Positions 23,410 through 35,164 of a stretch of 64,000 bases of DNA are shown here, one piece after another. The notes below the pieces were generated by a model that searched no databases, was not told the origin of the DNA, and saw nothing but the letters and a program-made list of their open reading frames with translations. Position numbers and translations under genes: made by a program. This DNA comes from Squalus acanthias (Eukaryota). The stretch's first letter is position 1. The number at the start of each line of letters is the position of its first letter. The stretch spans positions 78,928,001 to 78,992,000 of the forward strand of contig CM059432.1 of the NCBI GenBank assembly GCA_030390025.1, read 5' to 3'.

Positions 23410-24985
23410 TGAACAACAACAACTTGAATTTATGTATCACCTTTAACATTGAAAATGTCCCATGGCGGTTTACAGAAGAGGAGAGAAATGAATACCGAGC
23501 CTTTGAAGGAGAGTTAGGAGAGGTAACCAAAGAATTGGTCAAAGACTTGAATAGAGCTGAAAATTGGGCGGGGTGTAAATCAGCCATCCAACCCAAATGC
23601 ATGCCAGGCACATTATATTTAGAGGCAGAGAGGGAGATGGCAAGGTGGAGTGGTTTAGGGATGGAATTCCAGAGTGTAAGGTGGAGACAGCTCAAGGTTC
23701 TGCCACCAATGAGGGAGCAGGTTGGGTGGTGGGAGGGTGCACAGGAGGCCAGAGTCAATGGACTCTGAGAGCACAGGAGGGGTTATAAGGCTGGAGAAGG
23801 TTGCAGTGGTAGTGATGGGGCAAGGCCATGGAACATAGGAACAGGAGTAAGCCATTTAGCCCCTCGAGCCTGTTCCGCCATTCAATGAGATCATGGCTGA
23901 GCTCCAACCTAACACCATATACCCGCCTATGGCCCATATCCCTTAATACCTTTGGTTAACAAAAATCTATCAATCTCAGATTTTAAATTAACCATTGATC
24001 TCGCATCAATTGCCGTTTGCGGAAGAGAATTCCAAACTTCTACCACCTTTTGTGTGTAGAAGTGTTTCCTAATTTCACTCCTGAAAGGTCTGGCTCTAAA
24101 TTTTAGACTATGCCCCCTAGTCCTAGACTCCCCAACCAGCGGAAATAGTTTCTCTCTATCTATGCTATCTGTTCCCTTTAATATCTTGAAAACTTCGATC
24201 AAATCACCCCTTAACCTTCTAAATTCTAGGGAATACAACCCTAATTTGTGTAATCTCTCCTCATAATTTAACCCTGGAGTCCAGGTATCATTCTGGTAAA
24301 CCTACGCTGCACTCCCTCCAAGGCCAATATATCCTTCCTAAGGTGTGTTGCCCAGAACCGCTCACAGTACTCCAGGTGTGGTCTAATGAAGGCTTTGTAT
24401 AGCTACAGCATACCTTCTACCCCCTTGTATTCTAGTCCTCTAGATATAAAGGCCAGCATTCCATTAGCCTTTTTGATTATTTTCTGTACCTGTTAATGAC
24501 ATTTTAATGATCTATGTACCTGGACTCCCAAGTCTCTTTGGACTTCCAATGTTTTTAGCTTTTCATCATTTAGAAAGTACCCTGCTCTATCCTTTTTAGG
24601 TCCAAAGTGGATGATCTCACATTTGCCTACTTTGAAATCCATTTGCCACAGTATTGCCCATTCACTTAATCTATCAATATCCCTTTGTAATTTTATGCTT
24701 TCATCTACACTGCTTACAATGCGCCTATCTTTGTGTCATTGGCAAATTTGGATATGTGGCTTTCTATCCCATCATCTAAGTCATTAATAAATACTGAAAG
24801 GATTTGAAGAGCACAAGGAGGCCAGGAAACCAGTGAAAGTCAGCAAGGATGGGGGTAATCGATGAGTGGGACAAGGGACAGGATGCAGCTGGTGGGATTT
24901 TGTACAAGTTGGAGTTTGTGGAGATTGGAAGGCCAATGAGAAATTGAGTCTAAAGGTGACAAAGGCATGGATGAGAACTCCAGGA
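23410..24985 (-). mobile_element. Old L2 LINE 3' region, split by a CR1 at 23831-24795
   Basis: (CAA)n tail at 23411-23423; IGGRTLSC...LWNSIPKPL remnant; sequence resumes after 24797. Confidence 0.65.
23831..24795 (-). mobile_element. CR1 LINE 3' fragment
   Basis: ORF YSLEFRRLRGDLIEVFKILKG...FYTQKVVEVWNSLP; tail CCTGTTCCTATGTTCC on the minus strand. Confidence 0.88.
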
Positions 24986-26714
24986 AGGTGCCTTCCAATC
25001 TATTCTAGATTGGCTCCGTTTTATTCTACACATCTCAACATGAATTTAAACTGTAACCTTCCTCCTTCACCTATAGGCCTGTAACCCTCGCCCCTTGTTG
25101 ATGTATACAAATATTTAGTAAAACAGAAGATTTCAGAAACCTCTAGCCAGAAATTACAATGCGCAATAATTCTAGCTCTTCAACTAAGTAGACAATTTAG
25201 TCTTCCTTCTTCAAACTCTAATCTCCCTTGTTTGTTTGTACATTGCAAAATGATTGTACAAGCCCTTTCACAACAACCTTGAATTATACTGCTTGTTAAC
25301 TGAGGTAAGTACCTTATTCTTTGTTCAAAGTACAGTACTATGACAATATTACAAGCAGTAGTTTACTGTGCTGCATTTATTATTAAACTGAATGGCATAA
25401 AAGGCTGGGAAGGGTTTCAGCAAAAATTAAACAAACCCCTATTAGCAAATGCACTTCCTTTTGTGGAACTGAACTGTTCAAACCAACTAGGTTCCAAGTA
25501 TGACCACCAGTCAGTGCTGAGTAAATAGATTTTAGTCGGGGTGATGATAGGTATTAAGCTTTCAGGTTTTACTAAGATATTTCACTCATACTCAGTGCCA
25601 AAGATCACTCATATAAGAAAGCCCTTGTTCTCTATGAACTGGAGTGTGACTTTATACGCACAATATCTGGTAATGTAATGTCGCGCAGCAGTCGAATTGA
25701 AACCCTGCTTATGTAATTAGTTCCCTAGAATTGACACAAACCTTGTCATGTTCTTCCATCCTTTAGATAGCAGAAGAAAAAACACTCTACGAGAGCGTAT
25801 GACTTAAGCTATAAACTTTGATTCCAATTTATTAAAAGTAAAATGTAGGCTGTAGGAGAAAATCAATACAGCAGATTTCACTTGATTACAGAAATTTTAC
25901 CTTATGTTATAAAGATAAGTAAAGTTGTGATGCTTCACTAACTCTCCAAATGATGACAAATCTGAACCAGTGTCGGCAATGCATATACGTGGGGTTTCAT
26001 ATCACCGTCACAGAGCCTTTAAGTGTTTGCCTCTATCTTGATGAATTAAGGGTAACTGGAGAATCGCCAGAAAGCAGTCAAATTTATCCCTGTGCCTGTG
26101 CAAGGTGCTGTCAATCAACCCCTACCCTCAGATACACCCTATGAGAACAGCCCCGCCGGCAGCAACAGGTTATTTGAAATCAGTGTAGTACTTCAGGAAT
26201 ACCAATCAACAATCAAAAGATACAATGGCTGGCTTTTGTGCAGAACAAGGTTAGTCTGATAGCCTGGCATTGGAAATGACGATATGCAAGTGAAGCATTC
26301 AGACCTGTTGCATCCTGCTTTGGGCCTGAAGTGATTAAGTAAATAATCAGAACAGTTTAAGGTGATTGCTTACAGTTACCCGCTCGAACAAAAAAACAAA
26401 CCAACCTCCTGCAGCATTCCCAGCCACACATCAGTAACGTGGATTCTCTCTCAAACTTGCAGTAAGCAAAATTACATTGAATAACTGCATCTCATATAAA
26501 TAAATAATAAAAATATAGGCCGGGAATTTCCTCGGAGCTGCTCCCGTTCCACCGCCGTAACTTCGCTGAAAGTGCAGCGGAAACCCTGCTTACTCATGTG
26601 TGCAAAATGGCAACTGTATTCAGCTACATAATAACAGTTACTGCACAGTATTTCATTGAAGTGTTTTGGGATGTTTTTGAGATGTGATAAGGTGCTGTAT
26701 AAATGTAAGTTGGA

Positions 26715-27610
26715 TAATGGCAGGTTGGGTGAGGCCATGTAGTGATTCAAAAGCAGGGACGAGACTCTTCGGCCTGGCTTCTCCTTCACGATACAATCCG
26801 AAATCAGGTGGGATAGTGGTAGGGAATGATGGATCTCCGCCAGAAGCTGAACAAGGTGGCTTCATTCTTGCCTATGATGAGCTGAAGAAAATACTGGGTT
26901 ATTCGAGATTTGCTATCAGACAGCACAGCAATAGTTGTGGAATCAAGGGTGGAACCAGAAAGATAGTGTTGGGTAACATCAGCATACACGTGTAGGCTAA
27001 CTACCTGTTTGCAGAAGATACGACAGAGGTTCCCAGCAACAGTATGTAGATAATGAATAGGACAGGGTCAAGGATGGAATCTTGAATCATATTACAAGTG
27101 TTTATGCTAGCACAGAAGGAGCAGCCATTAGAGGTGCAGGTGGGAATAGAACCATGCAGGAGCAGTGCCACACAGCTGGATCACAGAGGAGAGGTGGAGC
27201 AGGAGGATGGAACAATTGACTGCATCAAAGGTCATGAAGAGGAATAGAGTATCACGGTTGCAGTTACACATGATGTTGTTGTGGTCTCGGTGCTGTGAGT
27301 GGGACAGAAACTACATTAGAGGGATTTGAATAGAGAGTGATTGGACAGATGGTTGTAAAGTTGGGTGGCAATTATATATTCATAGAACTTAGAGAGGATG
27401 GAGAAGACAGAGGTGGATCAGTAGTGCAAGAGGACAAAGTTTTGAAATTAAACTTTTTAAGGAGGAATGTGACTAAGGAGGGAAACCTACCCGAAGAAAC
27501 GGAGAAATAGATGATCTTAGCAAGCATTGGGCTGCGTAGGAGCAGTTGAGTGCGAGGGCCTAGTTCAGGAGGAGGACCAGGTTACAGTTGGTGGATCTCA
27601 TGGAGAAAAT
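26715..27610 (-). mobile_element. Old, degraded L2-type LINE
   Basis: Minus strand retains FDAVN..LLLHL and YAD(V)TQ remnants (ORF 26804-26989: MYADVTQHYLS). Confidence 0.55.
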
Positions 27611-27891
27611 TAGGACTGAGGGGATAGGGTAGAATCTACAGAGTGCTGTGAGGTCAGGGTTGAGGCTGATAGGAATTGCAGCATGGAAGGCCTGAATGCA
27701 AATTGTTGAATTTTTATTTGCTTAAAAGGCTCAGATATGATAAGAATGTTTATAAGAGTGAGCTCATTGCAAGTATTTTATAGCGAGGAGCACAATGCAG
27801 TATCAGACTGTACACTAACACCCTGTCCTGCCATTTGCATTCTGCAAGTAACCTTTGATATAAACGTGCAGAGGTTTTTCCTTCTACAGTA

Positions 27892-28223
27892 CAGGAAACT
27901 TTCGTTTATCCGGCACCGACGGGACCGGCGTGGTGCCGGTTGATCGAAAGTGCCGGATTAGAGAGAGGTATACTTACCAAGGTACGAGAGCCCCGTACAC
28001 GGCCACAGGCTGAACAATTGGGACCCGGAGAGGGAAGGTAAACGAGACTCCGGCTTTTTCCTCCGTGGCGGCGACAGGTCGGAGTCGGAAGAACGTTGAC
28101 CCCCCTTTCGTGGGGGCGAAAGGTCAGAATCGGGGTCTTGTCTGTATAATAAAACTTACCTGATTTTTGCCGGTTAAGCGAGAATTCCGGATATTAGGGT
28201 GCCGGATAAACGAAAGTTTCCTG
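27892..28223. mobile_element. Tc1/mariner-pogo (Tigger-like) MITE, 332 bp
   Basis: Perfect 26-bp TIR CAGGAAACTTTCGTTTATCCGGCACC (27892-27917 / 28198-28223), TA TSD, internal GCCGG(A/T)T repeats. Confidence 0.92.
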
Positions 28224-31043
28224 TATTCTGCCATTCTGATCTCTAAAATGTGCCTGTTGTAGTTTTTTAAAAAAGGAACATAATATGCAAATTAAAATAA
28301 CGAACCTAGTGTAGAAACACATCTAAATATTTATGTCATACCAATTTGGATTTTAATTTCTTTGTAAATGCAAATAGTTTATTTATTGACAAAGCGCTCC
28401 AGTTGCATCGAATCAGGTTTCAATTTGTTTGCGAGATTAGCCATTGTTCACCAGAATGACGCTGAATGATCAAACTCCACTGAAACCTTTTTGAACGTGC
28501 ACACAGATATATTCCACTTCAGTGGTGAGATCACTGCAAACTCAACCTGACTTTCAGACACTCATATTTACATAGCAACAGACCACAAATGACAATTTAG
28601 GATGAGATCACCCTAACCAATGCCTAAGCTCTGAATCAAAAACATTTCCAAAAGATGAATCCTATTTTCTCTTTTCTCTTTGCAGTTACCAGGAGCCTAG
28701 TGCAGCTGAAATAAATGAAGCGCCTAATGCTGAGGAGGGTCCAGTTTGTTCGTTTAAAGAATTAATCAGGAGCCCTTGCTTTACCGCCAAATAATAGACA
28801 GCAGCAGACTTTTGCAAGTGTCTGCCAGATGATCCCCTTGTCACCTTGGTAATTGACTCCCATCTGGTGTCTGATGTACACAAAGGCTAGTACTGTGACA
28901 GCAGCAGGAGGGCATTCGAGCAAGCCCCGTTTATAGAACTGCCCCACCACATGCCGCTCTAGCAGTGCCTTGGTCTTTTCGAGCTGATTTCATTAACTTG
29001 TAAACATTCAGCTTCTGATTCCTTCAGAACTTATGCTCCTGGCCTACTGACATTAGTCCTTTTATTCATACAATAGGATAAACTTTGCATTCAAGACAGC
29101 TCTGCCATAAAATGTATATGATTTCACCTGCACAGCAGTTTCTCTGTGAACTGGTGAACAATAAAAGCCCATTGTTTAACTCACTTGTTGCCAGTGAATT
29201 TGGTCATTTCCTGGCCTGGAGCAAGTTGTCTGGTTCATTAATATCACAGAGAAGATGCATTTTTCTGAAGTGACCTAACTTCCTCACAAGCTCTCTATTT
29301 TCATTGCTCACCATCTCTAAATGGCATACGCCTTTTGCAGTTTATAAATTTTGTTGCCAGAACAGTTTTCTATTCACAGCTACAACCTTTCTCCACCAAC
29401 ATTGTTTGTTACGAAGTGGTGCTGATTTATGCTGGTATGGCCTAGCTCCAGAAAGTGAGCTGATTTTTTAGATGCCTATTAGAAGTGCCTGTCAGGGTTA
29501 TTAATTTAATAATTCTATGGATTTTCTGCTGTTTGTATTAACTCATGCTGTGCTCTCCAATCAGGTTTCCGCCCTTACCACAGTACCAAGATGGCTCTAA
29601 TCAAAGTCACAAATTACATCCTTTGTGACTGTGACAAAGGTAAACTATCCCTCCTTGTCCTTCATAGAATCATAGAACCATAGAAAAATTATGACACAGA
29701 AGGAGGCCATTCTGCTCACCGTGTCCGTGCCGGTCGGAAAAGAGCTATCCAGCCTAACCCCACCTTCCAGCACTAGATCCGTAGCCCTGTAGGTTACGGC
29801 ACTTCAAGTGTACAACCAAGTACTTTTTAAATGTGATGAGGGTTTCTGCCTCTACCATCCTTTCGGACAGTGAGTTCCAGACCCCCACCACCCTCTGTTT
29901 TCCCTCATCTCCCCTCTAATCCTTCTACCAACCACATTAAATCTATGCCCCCAGGTTCTTGACCCCGCTGCTAAGGGAAATAGGTCCTTCCTATCCACAC
30001 TATCTAGGCCCCTCATAATTTTATACAGCTCAATTAACTCTCCCCTCAGCCTCCTGTGTTCCAAGGAAAACAACCCCAGCCTATCCAATCTTTCCTCATA
30101 GCTAAAGTTTTCCAGTCCTGGCAACATCCTCGTAAATCTCCTCTGCACCCTCTCCAGTGCAATCACATTCTTCCTGTAATGTGGTGACCAGAACTGCACG
30201 CAGTTCTCAAGCTGTGGCCTAACCAGTGTTGTATACAGTTCTAGCATAACTTCCCTGCTCTTATATTCTATGCCTCGGTTAATAAAGGAAAGCATTCCAT
30301 ATGCCTTTTTAACTACTTTATTGACCTGTCCTGCTACCTTTAAGGATCTGTGGACATACACTCCAAGGTCCCTCTGTTCCTCCACACCTCTCAGTATCCT
30401 CCCATTAATTGTGTATTCCCTTGCCTTGTTGCCCCTCCCCAAATGCATTACCTCACACTTTTCCGGATTGAATTCCATTTGCCACTTTTCTGCCTAACTG
30501 ACCAGTTCATCGATATCTTCCTGCAGTCTAAAGCTTTCCTCCTCACTGTCAACCACATGGCCAATTTTTGTATCATCTGCAAATTTCTTTATCATGCCCC
30601 CTACATTTAAGTCTAACTCATTAATATATACCACAAAAAGTAAGGGACCGAGCACTGAGCCCTGTGGAACCCCACTGGAAACAGCCTTCCAGTCGCAAAA
30701 ACTCCCTTCAACCATTACTCTTTGCTTCCTGCCACTGAGCCAATTTTGGATCCACTTTGCTATTCTCCCTTGGATCCCGTGGGCTTTTACTTTTTTGGTC
30801 AGCCTGCCATGTGGGACCTTGTCAAAAGCCTTGCTAAAATCCATGTAGACTACATCAAATGCACTGCCCTCATCGACCCTCCTTGTTACCTCCTCAAAGA
30901 ATTCAATTAAATTAGTCAGACACGACCTTCCCTTAACAAAACAATGCTGACTGTCCTTGATTAATCTGTGTCTTTCTAAATGAAGGTTTATACTGTCCCT
31001 CAGAATTGATTCCAGTAATTTGCCCACCACCGAGGTTAAACTA

Positions 31044-31408
31044 AAATAGAAACATAGAAACATAGAAGATAGGAGCAGGAGTAGGCCATTCGGCCCCTCG
31101 AGCCTGCTCCGCCATTCGATGAGATCATGGCTGATCATCCAAACTCAGTACCCTGTACCTGCCTTCTCCCCATATCCCTTGATACCTTTATCTTTAAGAA
31201 ATATATCTAACTCATTCTTGAATATATTTAATGACTTGGCCTCAACTACCTTCTGTGGTAGAGAATTCCACAGGTTCACCACTCTCTGGGTGAAGAAATT
31301 CTTCCTCATTTCTGTCCTAAATGGCTTTCCCCTTATCCTTAGATTATGACCCCTGGTTCTGGACTCTCCGACCATCGGGAACATTCTTCCTGCATCTAGT
31401 TTGTCCAG
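31044..31408 (-). mobile_element. CR1 3' fragment of a different subfamily nested in CR1
   Basis: Has its own tail (TTTCTATG)n and ORF end FFTQRVVNLWNSLPQK; host CR1 ORF2 resumes on both sides. Confidence 0.85.
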
Positions 31409-32099
31409 ACCTGTAAATTGCTCGGTTTATCTCTTCCTCCCTTTTTAAACAATGGTACAATGTTAGCAGTCCTCCAGTCCTCTGGCACCACTCCTGTAGC
31501 CAGAGAGGATTGGAAAATGATGGTCAGAGCCTCCGCTATTTCCTCCCTTGCTTCTTTTAATAGCCTCGGATATATTTCATCCGGCTCTGGTGATTTATCT
31601 ACTTTCAAGGATGCTAAACCCCTTAATACTTCCTCTCTTACAATGTTTATCCCGTCCAATATTTCACTATCTTCCTCCTTAACTTCAACGTCGGCATCGT
31701 CCCCCTCTTTTGTGAATACAGCTGCAAAGTATTCATTAAATACCTTCCCCACATCCTCCGCCCCCACACATAGATCACCATTCTGGTCCCTGATAGGCCC
31801 GACTCTTTCTTTAGTTATCCTCTTGCTCTTTATGTAATTATAAAAGATCTTTGGGTTTTCTTTGATTCTACTTGCCAGTATTTTTTCATGCCCTCTTTTT
31901 GCTTTCCTAATTTCCTTCTTAATTTCACCGCAACACTTTCTATACTCTTCTAGGCTTTCTGCAGTATTGAGCTCACGATATCTGATATAGGCTTCCCTTT
32001 TTTGTCTTATCTTACCCTATATGCACCTTGTCATCCAGGGGCTCTAAATTTGGCAGTTCTACCCTTTTTCTTTGTGGGAACATGTTTACCCTGAACTCC

Positions 32100-32345
32100 A
32101 TATATCAAAGAGTCGTGAATCTTTGGAATTCTCTTCCCCAGAGAGCTGTGGAGGCTGGGTCATTGAATATATTTAAGGTGAAGATAGACAGATTTTTGAA
32201 CGATAAGGGAGTCAAGGGTTATGGGGAGCGGGCAGGGAAGTGGAGTTGAGGCCAAGATCAGATCAGCCATGATCTTATTGAATGGCGGAGCAGGCTCGAG
32301 GGGCCAAATGACCTACTCCTGCTCCTATGTTTTATGTTCTTATGT
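32100..32345 (+). mobile_element. CR1 3' fragment nested antisense in CR1
   Basis: QRVVNLWNSLPQRAVEAGSLNIFK; tail CCTATGTTTTATGTTCTTATGT. Confidence 0.85.
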
Positions 32346-35164
32346 ATGTTCCCTCTTGAATGCCTCCCACTGCTCTGACGCTGATTTACCTTCAAGTAAC
32401 TGTTTCCAGTCCACTTTTGCTAAATCACTTCTCAACCTAGTAAAATTGGTCTTCCCCCAATTTAGAACCCTTACTCCTGTTTTTTCTTTGTCCTTTTCCA
32501 TAAAACTAACTGAATTATGACCACTACCACAAAAATGCTCTCCCACTGATACCCCTTCCACCTGCCCAGCTTCATTCCCTAAAACTAAATCCAGAACTGC
32601 CCCCCCTCTTGTTAGGCTTGCTATGTATTGGCTGAAAAAGTTCTCCAGAATGCAATTTAGGAATTCTGTGCCCTCTATACCTTTTACACCAGTAGTATCC
32701 CAGTTAATATTGGGGTAATTGAAATCCCCCACTATTACTGCCCTATTGTTTTAGCACTTGTCAGAAATTTGCCTACAAATTTGCTCTTCGATCTCCCTCG
32801 GACTGTTTGGGGGTCTATAGTACACTCCCAGCAGTGTGATTACCCCTTTTTTGTTCTTTAGTTCAACCCATACGGCCTCATTTGATGATCCTTCGAACAT
32901 ATCATCCCTCCTCACAGCTGTAATTGTCTCTTTAATCAATACTGCGACCCCCCCTCCTTTTTTAACCCCCTCTCTATCTCGCCTGAAAACCCTGTAACCA
33001 GGAATGTTGAGCTGCCATTCCTGCCCTTCTTTCAGCCATGTCTCAGTAATAGCTATAATATCATACTCCCACGTGTCTATCTGTGCCCTTAGCTCATCTC
33101 CCTTATTTCCTCAACTCCTTGCATTGAAGTATATACCATTTAGCATTGCCAAACTGCCTTGTTGTCTATTTTCTAGCCCTCATTTCCTCTGCCTTCCAAA
33201 CTCGCTTACTAATTTTCTGCCCTCCATTTCCAGCTTTGCTTCTCTCCCTTCTGAAAATACCCTCAGGTACACATCCCCCAGCCAAGCTAGTTTAAACCCT
33301 CCCCAACAGCACTAGCAAACTCCCCACGAGGATATTGGTCCAGGCTCTGCAACCCGTCCAGCTTGTACAGGTTCCACCTCCCCCAGAAATGGTCCCAATG
33401 CCTCAGGAATCTAAAGCCTCCCTCCTGCACCATCTCTCCAGCCACGCATTCATCTGCTCTACCCTCCTATTTCTATACTCACTAGCATGTGGCACTGGGA
33501 GTAATCCTTCTTGACTTGTCTGCAGCCTTTGACACAGTTGACCACTCCATCTTACTCCAACACCTCTCCACCATCGTCCAGCTGGGTGGGACTGCACTCA
33601 CCTGGTTCCATTCTTATCTATCTAATCGTAGCCAGAAAATCACCTGCAATGGCTTCTCTCCCCGCTCCTGCATCGTTACCTCTGGTGTCGCCAAGGATCT
33701 ATCCTTGGCCCCCTCCTATTCCTCATCTACATGTTGCCCCTTGGCGACATCATCTGAAAACACAGCGTCAGTTTCCACATGTACGCTGACAACACCCAGC
33801 TCTACCTCACCACCACTTCTCTCAACCCCTCCACGGTCTCTAAATTGTCAGACTGCTTGACGGACATCCAGTTCTGGGTGAGCAGAAATTTTCTCCAATT
33901 AAATATTGGGAAAACCGAAGCCATTGTTTTCGGTCCACGCCACAAACTCCGTTTTCTAGCCACTGACTCCATCCCTCTCCCTAACATCTGTCTGAGGCTG
34001 AACCAGACCATTCGCAACCTTGGTGTCATATTTGACCCTGAAGTGAACTTCCGACCACTTATCCGCAGCATAACTATGACCGCCTATTTCCACCTCCGTA
34101 ACATCGCCCGTCTCCACCTCTGCCTCAGCTCACCCGCTGCTGAAACCCTCATCCATGCCTTTGTTACCTCTAGACTTGACTATTCCAACGCACTCCTGGC
34201 TGGCCTCCCACATTCTACCCTACGTAAACTTGAGGTCATCCAAATCTCGGCTGCCTGTGTCCTAACTCGCACCAAGTCCCGTTTGCCCATCATCCCTGTG
34301 CTCGCTGACCTACACTGACTCCCAGTTAAGCAACACCTCGATTTCAAAATTCTCATCCTTGTTTTCAAATCCCTCCATGGCCTCGCCCCTCCCTATCTCT
34401 GTAATCTCCTTCAGCCCCACAACCCCCCAAGATATCTGCGCTCCTCTAATTCTGCCCTCTTGAGCATCCCTGATTATAATCGCTCAACCATTGGTGGTCG
34501 TGCCTTCTGTTGCCTAGGCCCTAAGCTCTGGAATTCCCTGCCTAAACCTTTCCGCCTCGCTACCTCTCTTTCCTCCTTTAAGACGCTCCTTAAAACCTAC
34601 CTCTTTGACCAAACTTTTGGTCACCTTCCCTAATTTCTCCTTATGTGGCTCGGTGTCAAATTTTTTGTCTTATAATACTCCTGTGAAGCGCCTTGGGACT
34701 ACGTTATAGGTGTGATATACATACAAGTTGTTGTTATTGTTATGTACATACCTACATACTCATTTTCCTGGCTGTTCAGTTCAAACTGATTAATTAATAT
34801 AAGATTGCAAAAGTCTACCCTTTTCTCCTGTGCTTGAAATCTCTAGTCACGATGAATTATCCTAAAACTTTCAATATACCTTTAGAATCTACCTGTTGAC
34901 GTGAAATTCTGCATATATTGTGCACATTGGATTTCCCCATTCACAGATAGATCTAACTTAGCCACCCTGTACATATAAATGCCAAACACATCAGATTTGT
35001 ATATTAAATGACAAGTCATACCTTGAATCATTTTATTTACCTCATATGTACAAACCCTTGACATGAAACTACTACCAAAAAGAATCCCAAATATTGCATA
35101 TATTACAGCAGGCCATAAAATTGGACATGTTAATCAGCCCTCATGAAAAAAAGTTATGCAAAAA

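Larger units (their letters stand above)
29664..33504 (-). mobile_element. CR1 LINE: ORF1 esterase end plus ORF2 endonuclease/RT, with two nested CR1 fragments
   Basis: GLLPVPHASEYRNRRVEQMNAWLERWC (ORF1), GVYYRPP/GDFNYP (endonuclease), YMDFSKAFDKVPH and FADD (RT); (TTCTATG)-type tail; 6-bp TSD TCCTTC (29658-29663, 33505-33510). Confidence 0.92.
29561..34742 (+). mobile_element. L2 LINE split by a 3.8-kb CR1 insertion (pieces 29561-29663 and 33505-34742)
   Basis: ...CDKGKLSLLVL at 29630-29663 continues as LLDLSAAFDTVDH at 33505; (GTT)n-like tail at ~34727-34742. Confidence 0.88.
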
